Source: Zancudomyces culisetae HAW-14-8 (Eukaryota; Fungi; Kickxellomycota). Taken from it: a stretch of 64,000 nucleotides of DNA. Position numbers and translations under genes: made by a program. Location: positions 1,364,001 through 1,428,000 of the forward strand of contig JBNJNM010000010.1 of the NCBI GenBank assembly GCA_052426225.1. Direction: 5' to 3'. Numbering within the stretch: position 1 is the stretch's first letter; each line of letters starts with the position of its first letter. Below the pieces are notes generated by a model. That model did no database searches and was not told the DNA's origin. It was given only the letters and a program-made list of their open reading frames with translations. This document shows positions 22,955-35,395 of this stretch, in pieces.

Positions 22955-25007
22955 CTAATACAACTTCTGAAGCCGACTTCTATCCACAACATGCAAATAG
23001 TAAAACCCAGAGTTGCTGGTCCAGCTAACACAATCACTCCAATAGCTGAACTTTTCAACAGAAAGGATGCTGGCTGGTGAACCAAAGGTTCGGTTGTTGA
23101 GTTTGGGAAGAATAAATGGCTTTAGAGAAATGATTTTGGTTCCATCGTTTAGTTCTAGAAATAGATCTAGCAATTTCAAGTTCAGAATGGAATCAAATGC
23201 ATAATTATTTACAAATATCACGGTCGAGTTTTTCAGCACATCTAGCAGTTCGGGATTGCTCGAGTCCAAAAAGTCGCCATGAATTATTTTTGCTGCGCCT
23301 CTTGGATTTATTCCATACAGAAATGTTCGCAGCCTGTATTCCATAGAGAGAGAAATAGCAAGCCTTGCAGGGGTGTTCATAATCTCAACCCCATAGCTGG
23401 TGCATCCCGCCTGTAAAGCCACTTGGATAACGACGTTACCGATACCACATCCTAGGTCTATAAACACATCGTTGTGCGTTATGTTAAATCTTCTAATAAA
23501 TTCATTCACTAAAATGGGATTGATTTCACCATAGACGTTATTCGAAAACGCTGCGTACTTTTTGAGCTTATCCACGTGTTCGGCTACCACCCTATTGTAT
23601 ATTTGGTTATATATGTGCAATGCTATGTTATACGGCAGTTCAATCCCCTTGTAGCTCTTAATCTCTTTGTGCATTTTATTATATCTAGTGACTGCTTTTA
23701 AATACTCGCTCCCATTTCGTTTGTTCTTGGCCCTCTCTAACCTTCTAACAACTCCAGTGTTGCTTTCAAATATCTCCTTACACTCTTCATTCTCCTCATC
23801 CATCATTTCCCCCACTATCCTTACAGTATATATTAAATCGCTTATCGGATTGTATTCTTGAGATATTTTGGGCCCAACTAAACACTCTTTGGGGACTAGC
23901 AATGAGTATTTCTCGTATCTATCCTTTTGAACGTATCCCAGCCTAACTACCGACATTTCTGGAAAATAGTCCTCGTTTTCCTCCAAATCTTTGGTATCGA
24001 AATCTATGCAAACAAAAATAGCAATAAATAATTTGTATCTTACTTATAAAAAACTGCATGTTTTCTTGAGCTTGAGACTTACATTTAGCGTATTTGGTTT
24101 TGCTATCCAGTACGTAGCTTGCTGAGCTGACCGGCTCGTGCAATTCATCTTTGCTTTGAAATTCCTTCTCCATTTTTTTTATACATTCACTCTTCACCCT
24201 CTTCTTCTTCCTGTCTCCCACCTTATTTCTTTCCTCTACCCTTATCTTTTTCTCCTCGATATTTCGCCTCTCTTGGTGCCCAGCACCGCGCTTTACGCCA
24301 TTATCCTTGGATCTGTCCCTACCAATATCATCCCTACTATTATTACCTAACTTGTCCCTGTTTTCTACATTTTTTTTCGTTTTCCACTCATCCTCCGTGT
24401 TTTCTGTCGAAGTCTCTCTATATTCTCGTCGCACCTTCACACCTTCATTCGCTCCTATTTCAGAAATTTTTAAACTTTTTATTATAAATAACCCGATTGT
24501 AGTCTGTACTAAATACTTACCTCCATTGGTTACAGCCGTATGCTTTATTTGTGCGTGACTATTCGCATCCTCTTCATCGCTACTGGAATATATTACCTTA
24601 CCTGTCTCCTTTCTCATCCTTGATTGGTCAGATCTTATTTTCCCTTCAGACCGCGCCCTTTCCACCATCCCGCCATCCGATATATAGCGCGTCCTTTCTT
24701 TTTCAGTATACACACTATTAGCTCTACTTTCAATGTTTCTATAAAGGCTGTTCGTAACACCATTGTTGTTTCTGCCATTCTTACTATCGTGACTGTTTGT
24801 TGTCTTTGATGGTAAAGCTCTTCTTTCTAATAGTGACAAGGATAGAGGAGGAGAAACCAACTTCGGTGGTTTGCTTTCTGCAAGGATATTGTTTTTCGTA
24901 ATTACTATTCTCTCACCATTTTCACCTTTACCAGCGGCTCCCTTCTTTTTTATTATTACACGCTCAATGACTTTGTACTTTACAGTTGGTGCGTTGTTTT
25001 TTTGCAT
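22955..25007 (-). CDS. DOT1: Histone H3K79 methyltransferase Dot1; intron 24082-24004, plus a probable in-frame intron 24520-24455
   Basis: YAAFSNNVYGEI, FIDLGCGIGNVVIQVA, YGVEI, VIFVNNYAF and VSWT motifs. The GTAAGT...CATAG intron joins the two track ORFs in frame. Confidence 0.93.
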
Positions 25008-26689
25008 CTTGTATATCTCATTTTTAACTTTCAGGATCTATGCTTTGTAAAAGTATTGATTTAAAGTGTGTTCTTAAAAAAATTTCGAAAGCATGTTCCT
25101 CAGTATCCTTTTTTATTTTTTTCTATACTTTTTCTATATTTTTTCCATAATTTATCGTTATATTTGATTTTTGTACAAAACAACGTTGCGCGATTTAGTT
25201 AAATCAGCCCGGTTCGCTACGTGACCAAATCTTTAGTTGGGGAAAATTTTATGTATTTCTGATAGGATGAAATTTGCTTTTTTCCAAATCTTCCCTGCAA
25301 GTTTAAAAAAAAACGGTTATTAACTTGGTGCTAACATTTCTCAAAACCTGGTAACTTGATATTTCCACGATAGCTTTTTTTTTTGCAATTTGCAATTTGC
25401 AACAGTTTTGGCTTTTCGTTATTTTGATTTGTCATCCAGGAACAAATAATACATTAGTGATTACAAATTGTTTCCTTCTTTCCACTAAAAAGACCGTACA
25501 TTAATAGCTTGTAAAAAAATGGACAAAAACAGACTACTGAACATGTCACGTGAAATTACCAGCTTTGTGTCCAAACGCACTCGTTTAACGACCACTTTTT
25601 TTCCGGCCATCTATGAATTAGAGCAAAATAAACCATATTAGAGGAAAAACTCATAGCACTTCCAAACTACCACAACATTAACGTATGTTGAGCAAGGGTT
25701 GCATAAGACTGATACGTCTTATACCCCAAGCGCAGTACTGTAGCATTTTTTTCGCCAACTTTTTTTTGTATCAGTGGATTGATTAATTTTTGAGTTTTTG
25801 TGGGCGAAATAATAGTAAATGGAAGGTATACAGTTCTATAACTCAGCCTTTTGATACTGGAATAATAGTTGCAAGTCTTTTTGTTGATATATATGTCCAC
25901 CATTCACTAATGTGCTAGAACCTGATACATTCTGTTCTATTTATTTTAGCAACATGTCCTTTTCTCTACCATTTCAAGTCGATGTCGAGTCCCCTAGACA
26001 ACATGCAGCAAGTATTCTATTAAAAAATTTACAAGAGCTTCTATGTTGCCGGTGTAAGTGTTTTCTACATCTTGTTCCTGAGATATAAAACATCGCACAA
26101 TTAAAGAAGAAGTTCTGTAATAAAAACAAGGATACTCGTAATATAGATCATCAAACCTAAAGTATGTTGGTGAACCAGACAGTGCTGAACGACCAGACCG
26201 CCAGTTAACAAAAGAAATTAGCTTTTGTATTTCGTTTCGATAATTTTTCAGGTAACAGCCAAAAAATTTTTTTTGCTATGTTTATGATTTCGTCCAATTG
26301 AGGGGCTGCGAAAAAAAAATTTTTGGGAAATGGAGAGCCATAAGCCGCAAATGAGAGAGAAAAACCAAAACAAAAAAAATAACCCACATCACAATTTTAT
26401 TTACATTAGCGGGTTTGGTGAATGACAAGTACTGTTTTATTTTCTGCACAATCCTGTAAAGGCGAAACCTAGTGAGCTTGTTTATATAGCACTTTAAAAG
26501 GCCAAAGAAAATCAACGGTATAGAAATTTAAAGAACATCCTGAAGACACTGCAATCGGTATTAGATCCTCCTATTTCAGTTCAAACATAGAAACACACAC
26601 GAAATAAAAATCAAAAAACGCTATAACTACTACTGTTGATAAATAATACTCGAGTCGAAAAAACAAACACGGATACCTGTGATTAAAAA

Positions 26690-28113
26690 ATGAACACCTC
26701 ATTGTTGACAGAAAAGGATATTGAGGTATGATCAGAAACTTAAGCATTGTTTTCTGGGGATCCATGCAAATGCGTTTAACAGTAGGAGAGGCGAGAAAAT
26801 CGGAAAATGTAAAGCAATAGATTAAAAGATGAGTTTAACACAATAAATAGATTTCGCAACCACCGACCGATACTGTTTCGGAGCTTAGCTTCAGCCCTCA
26901 AGCGGATTTCTTAGCAGCATCCTCGTGGGATAATAATGTAAGGTTAAGATTAAAACTAAGTCCAAGATTACGACTATGATCAAGGCTTTATAACCGGAAC
27001 TATTCTTTTTTGCAGAATCTAAATTTTATTCCAATTTTATTTAAACTTTGATTTAGGTACGGATATGGGAGGTACAATCCAATGGAATGACAGCAGGAAA
27101 GGCGATGTATACTCACGAAGGTCCAGCCTTAACATGTGATTGGTCAAAGGTGAGTGCGAGATGCAATACTTTGTAGCTTAAAAAGTGAAAAAATCAAAAG
27201 GGACCGACCAAAATAAAATGATAAAATATAGGATGGAGCAAAAATAGCATCTGGAGGAGCAGATAAGGCGGCACGGATGTTTGATGTGATGACAGGAACT
27301 ACAACACAAATAGCAGCACACGATGCTGCAATTCGGTGTCTGAAATTTGTGGAAATGCCAAACTCGGGAGCACCCATTGTTGCAACAGGAGGTTGGGATA
27401 AAATGATAAAGGTAAGACATATATGCCCTCTGACCTGTGGCTTCTGGTATGCGTATATTTATGTGTACTGATACCCGTTTAATGCACTTGATAAATAGTA
27501 CTGGGATCTGAGAACACAGAACCCGATAGGAACCGTACAACTACCGGAACGGTGCTACACCATGGACGTCAATCACCCATTGATGGTGGTGGGAACCGCT
27601 GATAGGCACCTTGTAGTTATTGACCTCAACAATCCAACTGTTCCGTTTAAATCGTATCTCTCGCCACTAAAGTTCCAAACACGGACAGTCTCATGCTTCC
27701 CATCAAAAGATGGATTTGCTATTGGCTCAATAGAGGGCCGAGTTGCTATTCAGTATATACAAGATTCAGCCAAATCGAACGAATTCTCCTTCAAATGTCA
27801 TCGTGACACCAGCAATAATGTATTTGCAGTCAATTGTATTTCCCACCATCCATTGTTTGGTACCTTTTCCACAGCTGGTTCGGATGGAAACATTATGTTT
27901 TGGGACAAAGAAGCTCGCCAAAAGCTTAAGAGCTTCCCCTGTGTCAACACACCAATAACTTCTACCTGCTTTAACCGTGATGGGAGAATATTTGCTTACT
28001 CCGTGGGCTACGATTGGTCAAAGGGCTATGCCCACTCAAATCAAAACGATAAGCGAACCATATACCTACACTCAGTCAAAGAAGACGACGTTAAGCCACG
28101 GAAAAGGCGGTAA
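26690..28113 (+). CDS. GLE2: mRNA export factor Rae1/Gle2 (WD40). Exons 26690-26725, 26851-26937, 27057-27149, 27232-27411, 27499-28113
   Basis: MNTSLLTEKDIE|ISQPPTDTVSELSFSPQADFLAASSWDNN|VRIWEV...; SPLKFQTR, GSIEGRVAI, FSFKCHR and YDWSKG motifs. All introns are phase 0, GT-AG. Confidence 0.93.
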
Positions 28114-28431
28114 ACCACAAGAACCGCTTTTCATTAACCTCTAGTAGTATCAATAGTGCTCATTTGCTCATATATTTATTTGTTTTATGTTTCGATATTA
28201 ATCAAGATCTGTTCTAGCTCTTATCATGTTTTATTACACTTTGATTTTAAGAAAAATCTCGCCTAGCAAAGCATATTGTGAATATTCGTTCTTGAAGTGG
28301 GGAGCTCCAGCTAAAAGATGAATTATCTGCGAGTAAAATACAGGTTTGCATTTTTTTTTCTGCAGGAAAAAAATAGCAATAAAAATAACTATGTCTAATA
28401 TTACTTTTAGAATACAAAAGGTTACTGGGCT

Positions 28432-29421
28432 TTAATTTGCCTTAATTTGAATGATCCTTTCTTTCAATGGATATCCAATTTTGGATCGCTTTATCATGAG
28501 TTTTTCAATAGCAAGCTTTCTATAGCCTCCTTCAAGCTCTACGATTTTGTACTTTCTAGCTACTTGCAAGATTTGGGATTGTGCTTTCTTTGCATAGTCA
28601 TCTTTACCTTGAGTGGCAGATACCGACCAGCAAAGTTTGTATGTATCCGGAACCAGTTGAACTTGAGCTTGCACCTTATTAGAATCGTGACTATTGGCGT
28701 CGGCATGAGTTTGACTATGATCCATGGTTTGTTTTTTCTTTTTTTCTTTCACTCCTTGGAGCTTTGGTGATGGCTTAACCATACATTCAACATTTTCCCC
28801 TTTTATATAAACTCCCTCGTTCTTTTTCAAACATACCGCTCCCTTTTCTGCTAGGTAACCACGTTCAGCTCCAATACCACGACTTATCTTGGTATTACTT
28901 TCTTCTTGATCTTCGGTAGAAATCGTACCACAAAAAATTTTGACTGCTTCACAATCAACCAACCCCAGTTCTGCCCGGTTTTTTACTATTTTATAGTATT
29001 TCTCCACGTTGGCTCTTCCACTCTCTTTGATCAGGTTGTTTCTGCAGCTCTTCAGGTATTCACTATAGGATTCAGATGTAGTATCAACCTTTTCACTTTC
29101 CTGGATATCGGAACAACCATCACCTCGCCTCCCCTTCAATTCCTTGTTTACATAGCCTAAAAACTGACTGGTATGCTTTCTCTTCCCCCTCCTCGTATCA
29201 GTTCCTTCACCATACGACGTGTGTTTTTCCTCATATCCCCCCTCTGCATTTAGTATTATCCCTTTAATACTAACTCTTTCTATAGTAACATTTGTCAAAG
29301 AGTGGGTATAGTTGTCCTTCTTGTTAAAATCGATTGGAAGTAGATTCTTGTTGTTACTTGGAAGTATCTTTATATCAACTGTAGTGCCTTTTGCTGATTT
29401 GTTTGTATAAAGATTCACCAT
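28432..29421 (-). CDS. Hypothetical basic protein (329 aa)
   Basis: 990-nt ATG-initiated ORF with coding-like composition; no family recognised. Confidence 0.7.
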   Translation of the reverse strand: MVNLYTNKSAKGTTVDIKILPSNNKNLLPIDFNKKDNYTHSLTNVTIERVSIKGIILNAEGGYEEKHTSYGEGTDTRRGKRKHTSQFLGYVNKELKGRRGDGCSDIQESEKVDTTSESYSEYLKSCRNNLIKESGRANVEKYYKIVKNRAELGLVDCEAVKIFCGTISTEDQEESNTKISRGIGAERGYLAEKGAVCLKKNEGVYIKGENVECMVKPSPKLQGVKEKKKKQTMDHSQTHADANSHDSNKVQAQVQLVPDTYKLCWSVSATQGKDDYAKKAQSQILQVARKYKIVELEGGYRKLAIEKLMIKRSKIGYPLKERIIQIKAN

Positions 29422-31899
29422 CTTTTCTTTCTATTATATTACTACCTCTTTGCGCGGTTTTATTTTAAATTAAGTGTATAACGAATACTAGAAAACGAAT
29501 CTGCTGCTGCTCTGGAAATGGTTTTTTTTTCTATGTTGCTTTCAGTATAGCACCAATATATTATAGCACTTTCGACGTTGTTATACTGGGATGTTTTTAC
29601 TTTTTGTAATCTTTGGAGAGTATATTTCTGATTTATCTTTTAAATATAAACCGTTTTGATGGTAACAGTATATGTATATATATACACAATTCATAATTTT
29701 GGATCCATAGCTCCATGATAATAACATTGTATTGAGGGATAAAACGGTAGCCAAAATTTCAATTTTGTTTTCTTTTTTTTTCTCTCCCCTATATATTATG
29801 TAAATACCCCCTTTATTACTCATATTAGTAATAAGATGGCTCTGAACATTAACTCTATACCAACAAAAAATGTCATAGGTTTGTTAATGACTTTTTTCTC
29901 ATAAACATCAAAAGTCGATTTTCTGCAACATTTGCTCTCATCTCCTCATTTCCTCAAATTTTTGGGTTTGTGTTTTGTCCTTGAATAAAAAATCAAATAA
30001 TTATATATTGCGTCACAACTTTATGGTGAAAAAAAAAACTTATCGATGTTGTAATTCGGAATTTACTACACACCTTTGCAGCCTTTTATTTCCATTTTAT
30101 TCCCCTTTTCTTAGTCATTCTCAGGAAACCAGTTGCAATTGTGTCAAATTAGCAATTGTTTATGTTTATCTTGATGCTCAAGTCCAAAAAACTTGACAAC
30201 TTTTTTTATCTATTTTCCTCTCCTTTACTGTACAAAATTGTCCTGTTTCAGGAACTTTTGACATTTTTTGGCTTTTAATTTGCCCAGTTTTCAAATCGAT
30301 ACCAGACACTAATTGCTAGACCTGGACCTCATTAGTAGTGCTCCGACTTTTTTTTACATTTTTTTTTACTACTCATTTCCCATTATATTGTTTTTTTTTC
30401 CTTTATTGTTTTTTCCCGTAAATCTGCTTTATCATTCAATTAACAATGGGGCTTTTATTGTTGAATTTGGATTTTATTGGCGTGGGCTCACTTTTAGTGT
30501 TAGCAACTCCCAATTTTCAAATTAAGCTAATGCTTTGTCAGAACAAAACTAAATAACAAAAACTACCAAGCGATTGCAAATAAATGAGCCACAAGTACCT
30601 TGCGCTCAATCACATTGTCACTTTGTGGCAGGCTTCTCTACTTTCTACTAAAGCCTTAAATAATGACATATATATGAATCATTATAAAGCATGACAAGAA
30701 AACAAAAAAAAATGTAGCTTCCGCCCCCGTGTAAATACGCGCAAACCTGTACAACCCATGATAAGGGTTGACATGTTTACAATAAAGGTGGGATATCTTG
30801 CAAAATAGGACCAAGTAAACTCAGTTATGCATTGTGTCTTTGATGGGTTGGCCATGCTTGTACCTTATTCTACAGGCGATTTCGTCTATTCGCCATGGCC
30901 TTTTCGGAGAAATCCGTTAGGCTGTGGGAGGGCATATTTATTTGAGTACCCAACTTTAGAAACTATTGTTCAGCCTTTCTATTAGATGTGTCTTGTAATG
31001 ACATTTTTGTCCATTTGCCAGTATATCATTCACCACCTACAGTTACAGCCCAAAATTACATAACAACTTCTCAAACCCTAATAAAATACAATCATCTGAT
31101 ACATTTCCCTGATGATGAAACGTCCTTTGCTTTTGAACATATCCCAAGAGAAATTCTGGTCCCCTGTACTCCGCCTCTACCAAACTTATTTTCACTTTCC
31201 AAAATAGCAACTCTATCACAGGAACAGGTCCAAAACCACACCATCCGCATTTGTACCAGTGAACAGACTTTAATTTCTTATCAAGAACTGACATCAAGAT
31301 AAAATCACGCTTATATAAATTCCAACAATATTACAAACCAGGAAGCAAATACACAAATCAGTAGACAATTGAATTAGGCAAGAAATTGATAAAAATGCGA
31401 TTAAACCACTTTTTTTGCTGATAATTACATCAATGCTTTCACAATTATATTTAATACCATCTTGTGTTTGGTTATGTGAAAACTCATTCTGTGAGTAGAT
31501 ACCACTAGTGAACTCATGTTCATTTCACGCTTATAAAAATGGGATCAGATGAATCTACAAAGATATTTTATACACTTTGTTAGGTTTGGTTTTTACCATA
31601 TTTACATCACCGTAACAAATATACTGATGGAGTGAAGACTAGTGATTATGGTTTGCTATCTACGCAAATATCTTCAACTCAATATCCTAACCAATGGCTT
31701 TGATAAAAAACCACTCTTTTATACACAAATATTTTTAACAAGGTGAGAAGTTTATTGAAAAAAGGTCCGGATTTTCAATTGCTATGTTTGTTATTCTTAG
31801 AATTTTTAGTAAGGATGGCTAAATGCTAACAAGTAGTAGAAACTAAGAAAGGATAGCCGAAAAATAGTCGTTTGTTAGACAATTAACAAAAAGGGAAAT

Positions 31900-32455
31900 T
31901 TAGTACAACTTTTTTGGATAATCGCAGTAAATTGCATGTCGACCATTTTGGTGACAGACTGTGCCAGGACCACAATGTTTGACGACATATCTTCCATTAG
32001 CACATTGAAGGAAGGTACTCTTGTTGAAACCCACACACTTGTAACGTCCAGCTCTGCAACGGTCACCTATTTTAAAAAGTATATACGTTTGCAATACCAT
32101 GTTGATTATTCGTCCTAAACCGTAACTTACCTTCGCGATGATGTCTTCCCTTTCCATGGTGGCCACCCTTGTGGTAACCATGTTTTTTATGATCGCCCTT
32201 GTATCCGTGTTCTGAGCGGTACTCTGGTTTTGCTGGTGCGTTGTATTCTGGTTTTGCTGGTGCGTTGTATTCTGGCTTGGCTGGTGCCTTATACTCTGGC
32301 TTTGCTGGCGAGTTGTATTGAGCCTCTACAATCATTATTAAATTTTATTTAGTATCTACACACGGCTTGTATATCAGTAAAAGTTACTTACCACCAGTTG
32401 CCAAACTAGTAGCGCAGAAAGTGGCAATTGCAATCAACGATGTTTTGATGAACAT
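31900..32455 (-). CDS. Small secreted protein (141 aa): signal peptide, 4x (A/S)PAKPEY(N/K/R), His/Gly/Lys-rich tract, C-terminal CBM19-like chitin-binding module. Exons 32455-32392, 32325-32131, 32066-31900
   Basis: Two GTAAGT...TAG phase-1 introns give a 426-nt open CDS starting MFIKTSLIAIATFCATSLATG. The C-terminus CRAGRYKC...FLQCANGRYVVKHCGPGTVC...YCDYP has the 6-Cys CBM19-type pattern. Confidence 0.85.
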
Positions 32456-33477
32456 TTTTTTATTATTAGAGCGAAGCGTTTTATCTAGTATTAGGTAAGT
32501 CGTCAATATTCTTAGAGGAATAGTTCGATGGGTAACCAGATGGAGAGAAAACTACACCCTTAAGTACTTTTGGTTTTGGTTTTTTTAATACTTTCAAAAA
32601 ATCTAAACGTTATATGTTGATATACTATAACAATATCACCAGAGTAAAGATACTCCAGCTTTAGTCGCCATTGTAGCGTAGCTATACCATAACAGATATG
32701 ATAATTATACGCACAGAGTTGCTATAAGAGTAGAGTGTGGTGCATGTATTGTTTGTGCGACAATACTGAGCATTACACTGCTTACTAACTAATTCATACA
32801 TTATTTACAACAAGCCAGTCGGGCGGTTTAAAAATATACCCAACTAAACAAATGAATAGTTGAACGATTTTTGTCAGTTAAGAAACAGCATTTTTTTTTA
32901 ATCATTGTACAGAAACGTTGGGTCGTAGAGATATTATAACCGAGCACCAATTGTTAACAAACATAGGGTCCCTATAAATCCAAATCAAGGTTATACCGCT
33001 CAATCTTGGATTTTTTCCATGAAGTTTGGCAGTAATTTGGATAATCAGATGCTGAAACACATATAATAAGGCTAGGTATTAGCAAACTAAAGCAAAGCCC
33101 AATTTCCATAGCATTCTGAATCAACTATAATTGAACTACTTTATTATAACAGTTAATTGTAGTATTTTTAAATAGCAAAACCAAGAAGAATTCAGTAAAA
33201 CAATTAAAAACAGTAAAAATATTGATTTTTAGGTATAAAGTCCTACGACAATGTTAATCTATAATGCAAGGATTATGCCCTTGACATTGATAGTTCTTGG
33301 AGCTGGATATAATGGCGAAACCAAAAGAAACAAGTGGTTCCGGTAGTGTTTATATTTACGGGGCATTAAATATTCGTTTTAACAAGGGTGTCCCGTAAAT
33401 ATATCAATGCATATATAATCTAATAAAGCTACATTTTTGGTGCACTGCTTTCCAAACAATGTGAGGTAGTAAAGCAT

Positions 33478-33927
33478 TCAGAATCTTAATGCTTTTATAT
33501 CACCAAAGGCGTATTCATCTAAAAACGATATGCTAATAATTTGTACGTGTGTGTGGGGGGAGTTGAGGGAAAGTGCTTTGTTAGTGGTAAATAATGTAGA
33601 GGATGTATTCTTGGAGAATTTGAATGGACCCGGGCGTTATGATATTTTGTATTATTTTTACCTTCTTCAACATTGTAAGCTCGATGAGCGTGAATTGAAC
33701 GTCCTGGAGTAATAATCCCATTAGGAATGAAACAAGGATAAAAACTTGTATGTGTGCCAAAAAAGGAGGTTTGACATGGCATTGGTAAAGGCTTTGCATC
33801 ACACCAGAATGACTATCACAAGAAAAATAAAAAAAGGTTTAGAAGAGTTTGGTATTTTGTGTAAAATGTGTTGGTTTACTTTAAACAGTGAAACTAAATG
33901 AGCGGGGATCAAGGCTATTATTAACAT
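33478..33927 (-). CDS. Possible small 3-exon orphan gene (~79 aa; exons 33927-33880, 33812-33662, 33518-33478)
   Basis: Frame-consistent GT-AG introns, with ACTAAC in intron 2; no recognisable homology, so it may be non-coding. Confidence 0.2.
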
Positions 33928-35395
33928 AGCAGGGTATACTATGTGTATTAAACTTTCAGATTTCTTTTCTTCTAATCACTTTTCAACACTACTGTTTAAC
34001 TTGTTACCATGTATTTGACCTTGCTAAAATTTACGCCACATTTACTATAATGTTAGCATTCCAGTTAAATCAATAGTTCTGGAAATATCGGCAGTAGAAT
34101 TGTAGGGCCAACCTGGGTTTAAATTTTTTCCATGATCCATTCCAAGGAATGGACTAATTATTAAGTATTACTTTCAAAACCTCGGAAACCAATAACTTAA
34201 CCCAGGCTAGGACGAAAATAAATACAAACATTCCGTAGCGGAAATTGTGTTTTTTTTTTGTTTTTTTGGTTTCTTGTTTTAGATTTTTGCCAATTTGTGG
34301 CGACAAAAGTTAATTATTTCATGCTTTTAGCTACAACTGTGCTCCTATAACTAAATTAACTGGATACCAATTTGAATCACTGGTATAACAGCAAATTGTC
34401 ACTTGTTCTCATTGATTGTTACCATTGTGATGTACTTAAATGATATAGTTGTATTATAACGTAAACAATTATAGAAAGAGCCACACAGGCGAGCAAATAT
34501 TGTGTTTTGTCAGAAAAAGAAGTGTATTTTTAATCAAGATCGCACATCCATATAATTTAAGCAGAGTAATGTTTATCATCATACATCTGGTGTATTGTAC
34601 TTTTTTTAAGTGCTCCACCTAGACTGTAGCCTCATGGTAGCACTTCCTAAGACAACAGTAGGCCATATTCGTTCGCGTCTACTTTTTCTTTAGGTCGTGT
34701 AGGTAAGCATTCCCGATTACTCTGCTACCACAATAATCCAAAGTTAAAGATCGCTTCGGTGCTAGTGTAGCATAACCAAATTTACAAACAACCTAGCAGG
34801 TGTGACAAAAGATAGCACCGCAAATGGGCTATACAGAGGGTTATTCTTTACATTGTGATCTTTTCCCATAATTCAATTTATTTCCATTGCAATTTATTGC
34901 TTTTCCTGTCTGCATTCTATTTTGAATAATCGGTATTTCATAGGCCTATGGCCAATTATAGGGAAAAGAAAAATCTAGAACCTATTCACCAATGAATGAA
35001 CCTATTCACCAAAGAATCTGAAAACCGTCACAGTGCATAATCAAAATTCGAGTAATTTAAAAGCACATTTTGGTTAGTTCAGGTTTCAAGTAAGCTGGTG
35101 AATTATTAACAAACAACACCAACTATGTTCACTGTGAAAAAAAAGCCAGGGGCGAAAAGAAAACGATTAGTAATACGATGTTTTTGGTGCACTGATAGTT
35201 AATGTATGCTTTCATGGTAGTCCAGCTGTGATTAGCAGCATATTTATTCTACACTACTGGAACTTGTTTCGATTAATAATACTGAAGCTAATTTAGAACA
35301 GTGGAAATTTACCACTATAAATTACAAGTTCATAGGAAAAAAGTAAAAGGTAGCGCATGCATCAAAAAGTCGAGAGAGGAATATAAAGACAAAAT

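Noticed and set aside
25545-25553. GTCACGTGA E-box/Cbf1-like site (another GTCACGTG near 17294)
   Set aside because: Single short motifs cannot be supported as functional from sequence alone.
25695-25727. Hairpin ATAAGAC-tgatac-GTCTTAT between DOT1 and GLE2
   Set aside because: A 7-bp AT-rich stem is expected by chance, and there are no snRNA, snoRNA or tRNA motifs around it.
30988-31302. Overlapping ~100-aa ORFs on both strands
   Set aside because: No recognisable domain, splice structure or transposon motif.
32216-32311. 24-bp direct repeats as a possible CRISPR-like array
   Set aside because: There are no spacers; it is a coding tandem repeat with synonymous-site variation in a eukaryotic gene.
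34979-35018. 20-bp direct duplication (AACCTATTCACCAA..GAAT)
   Set aside because: Only two copies; a local slippage event with no element between them.
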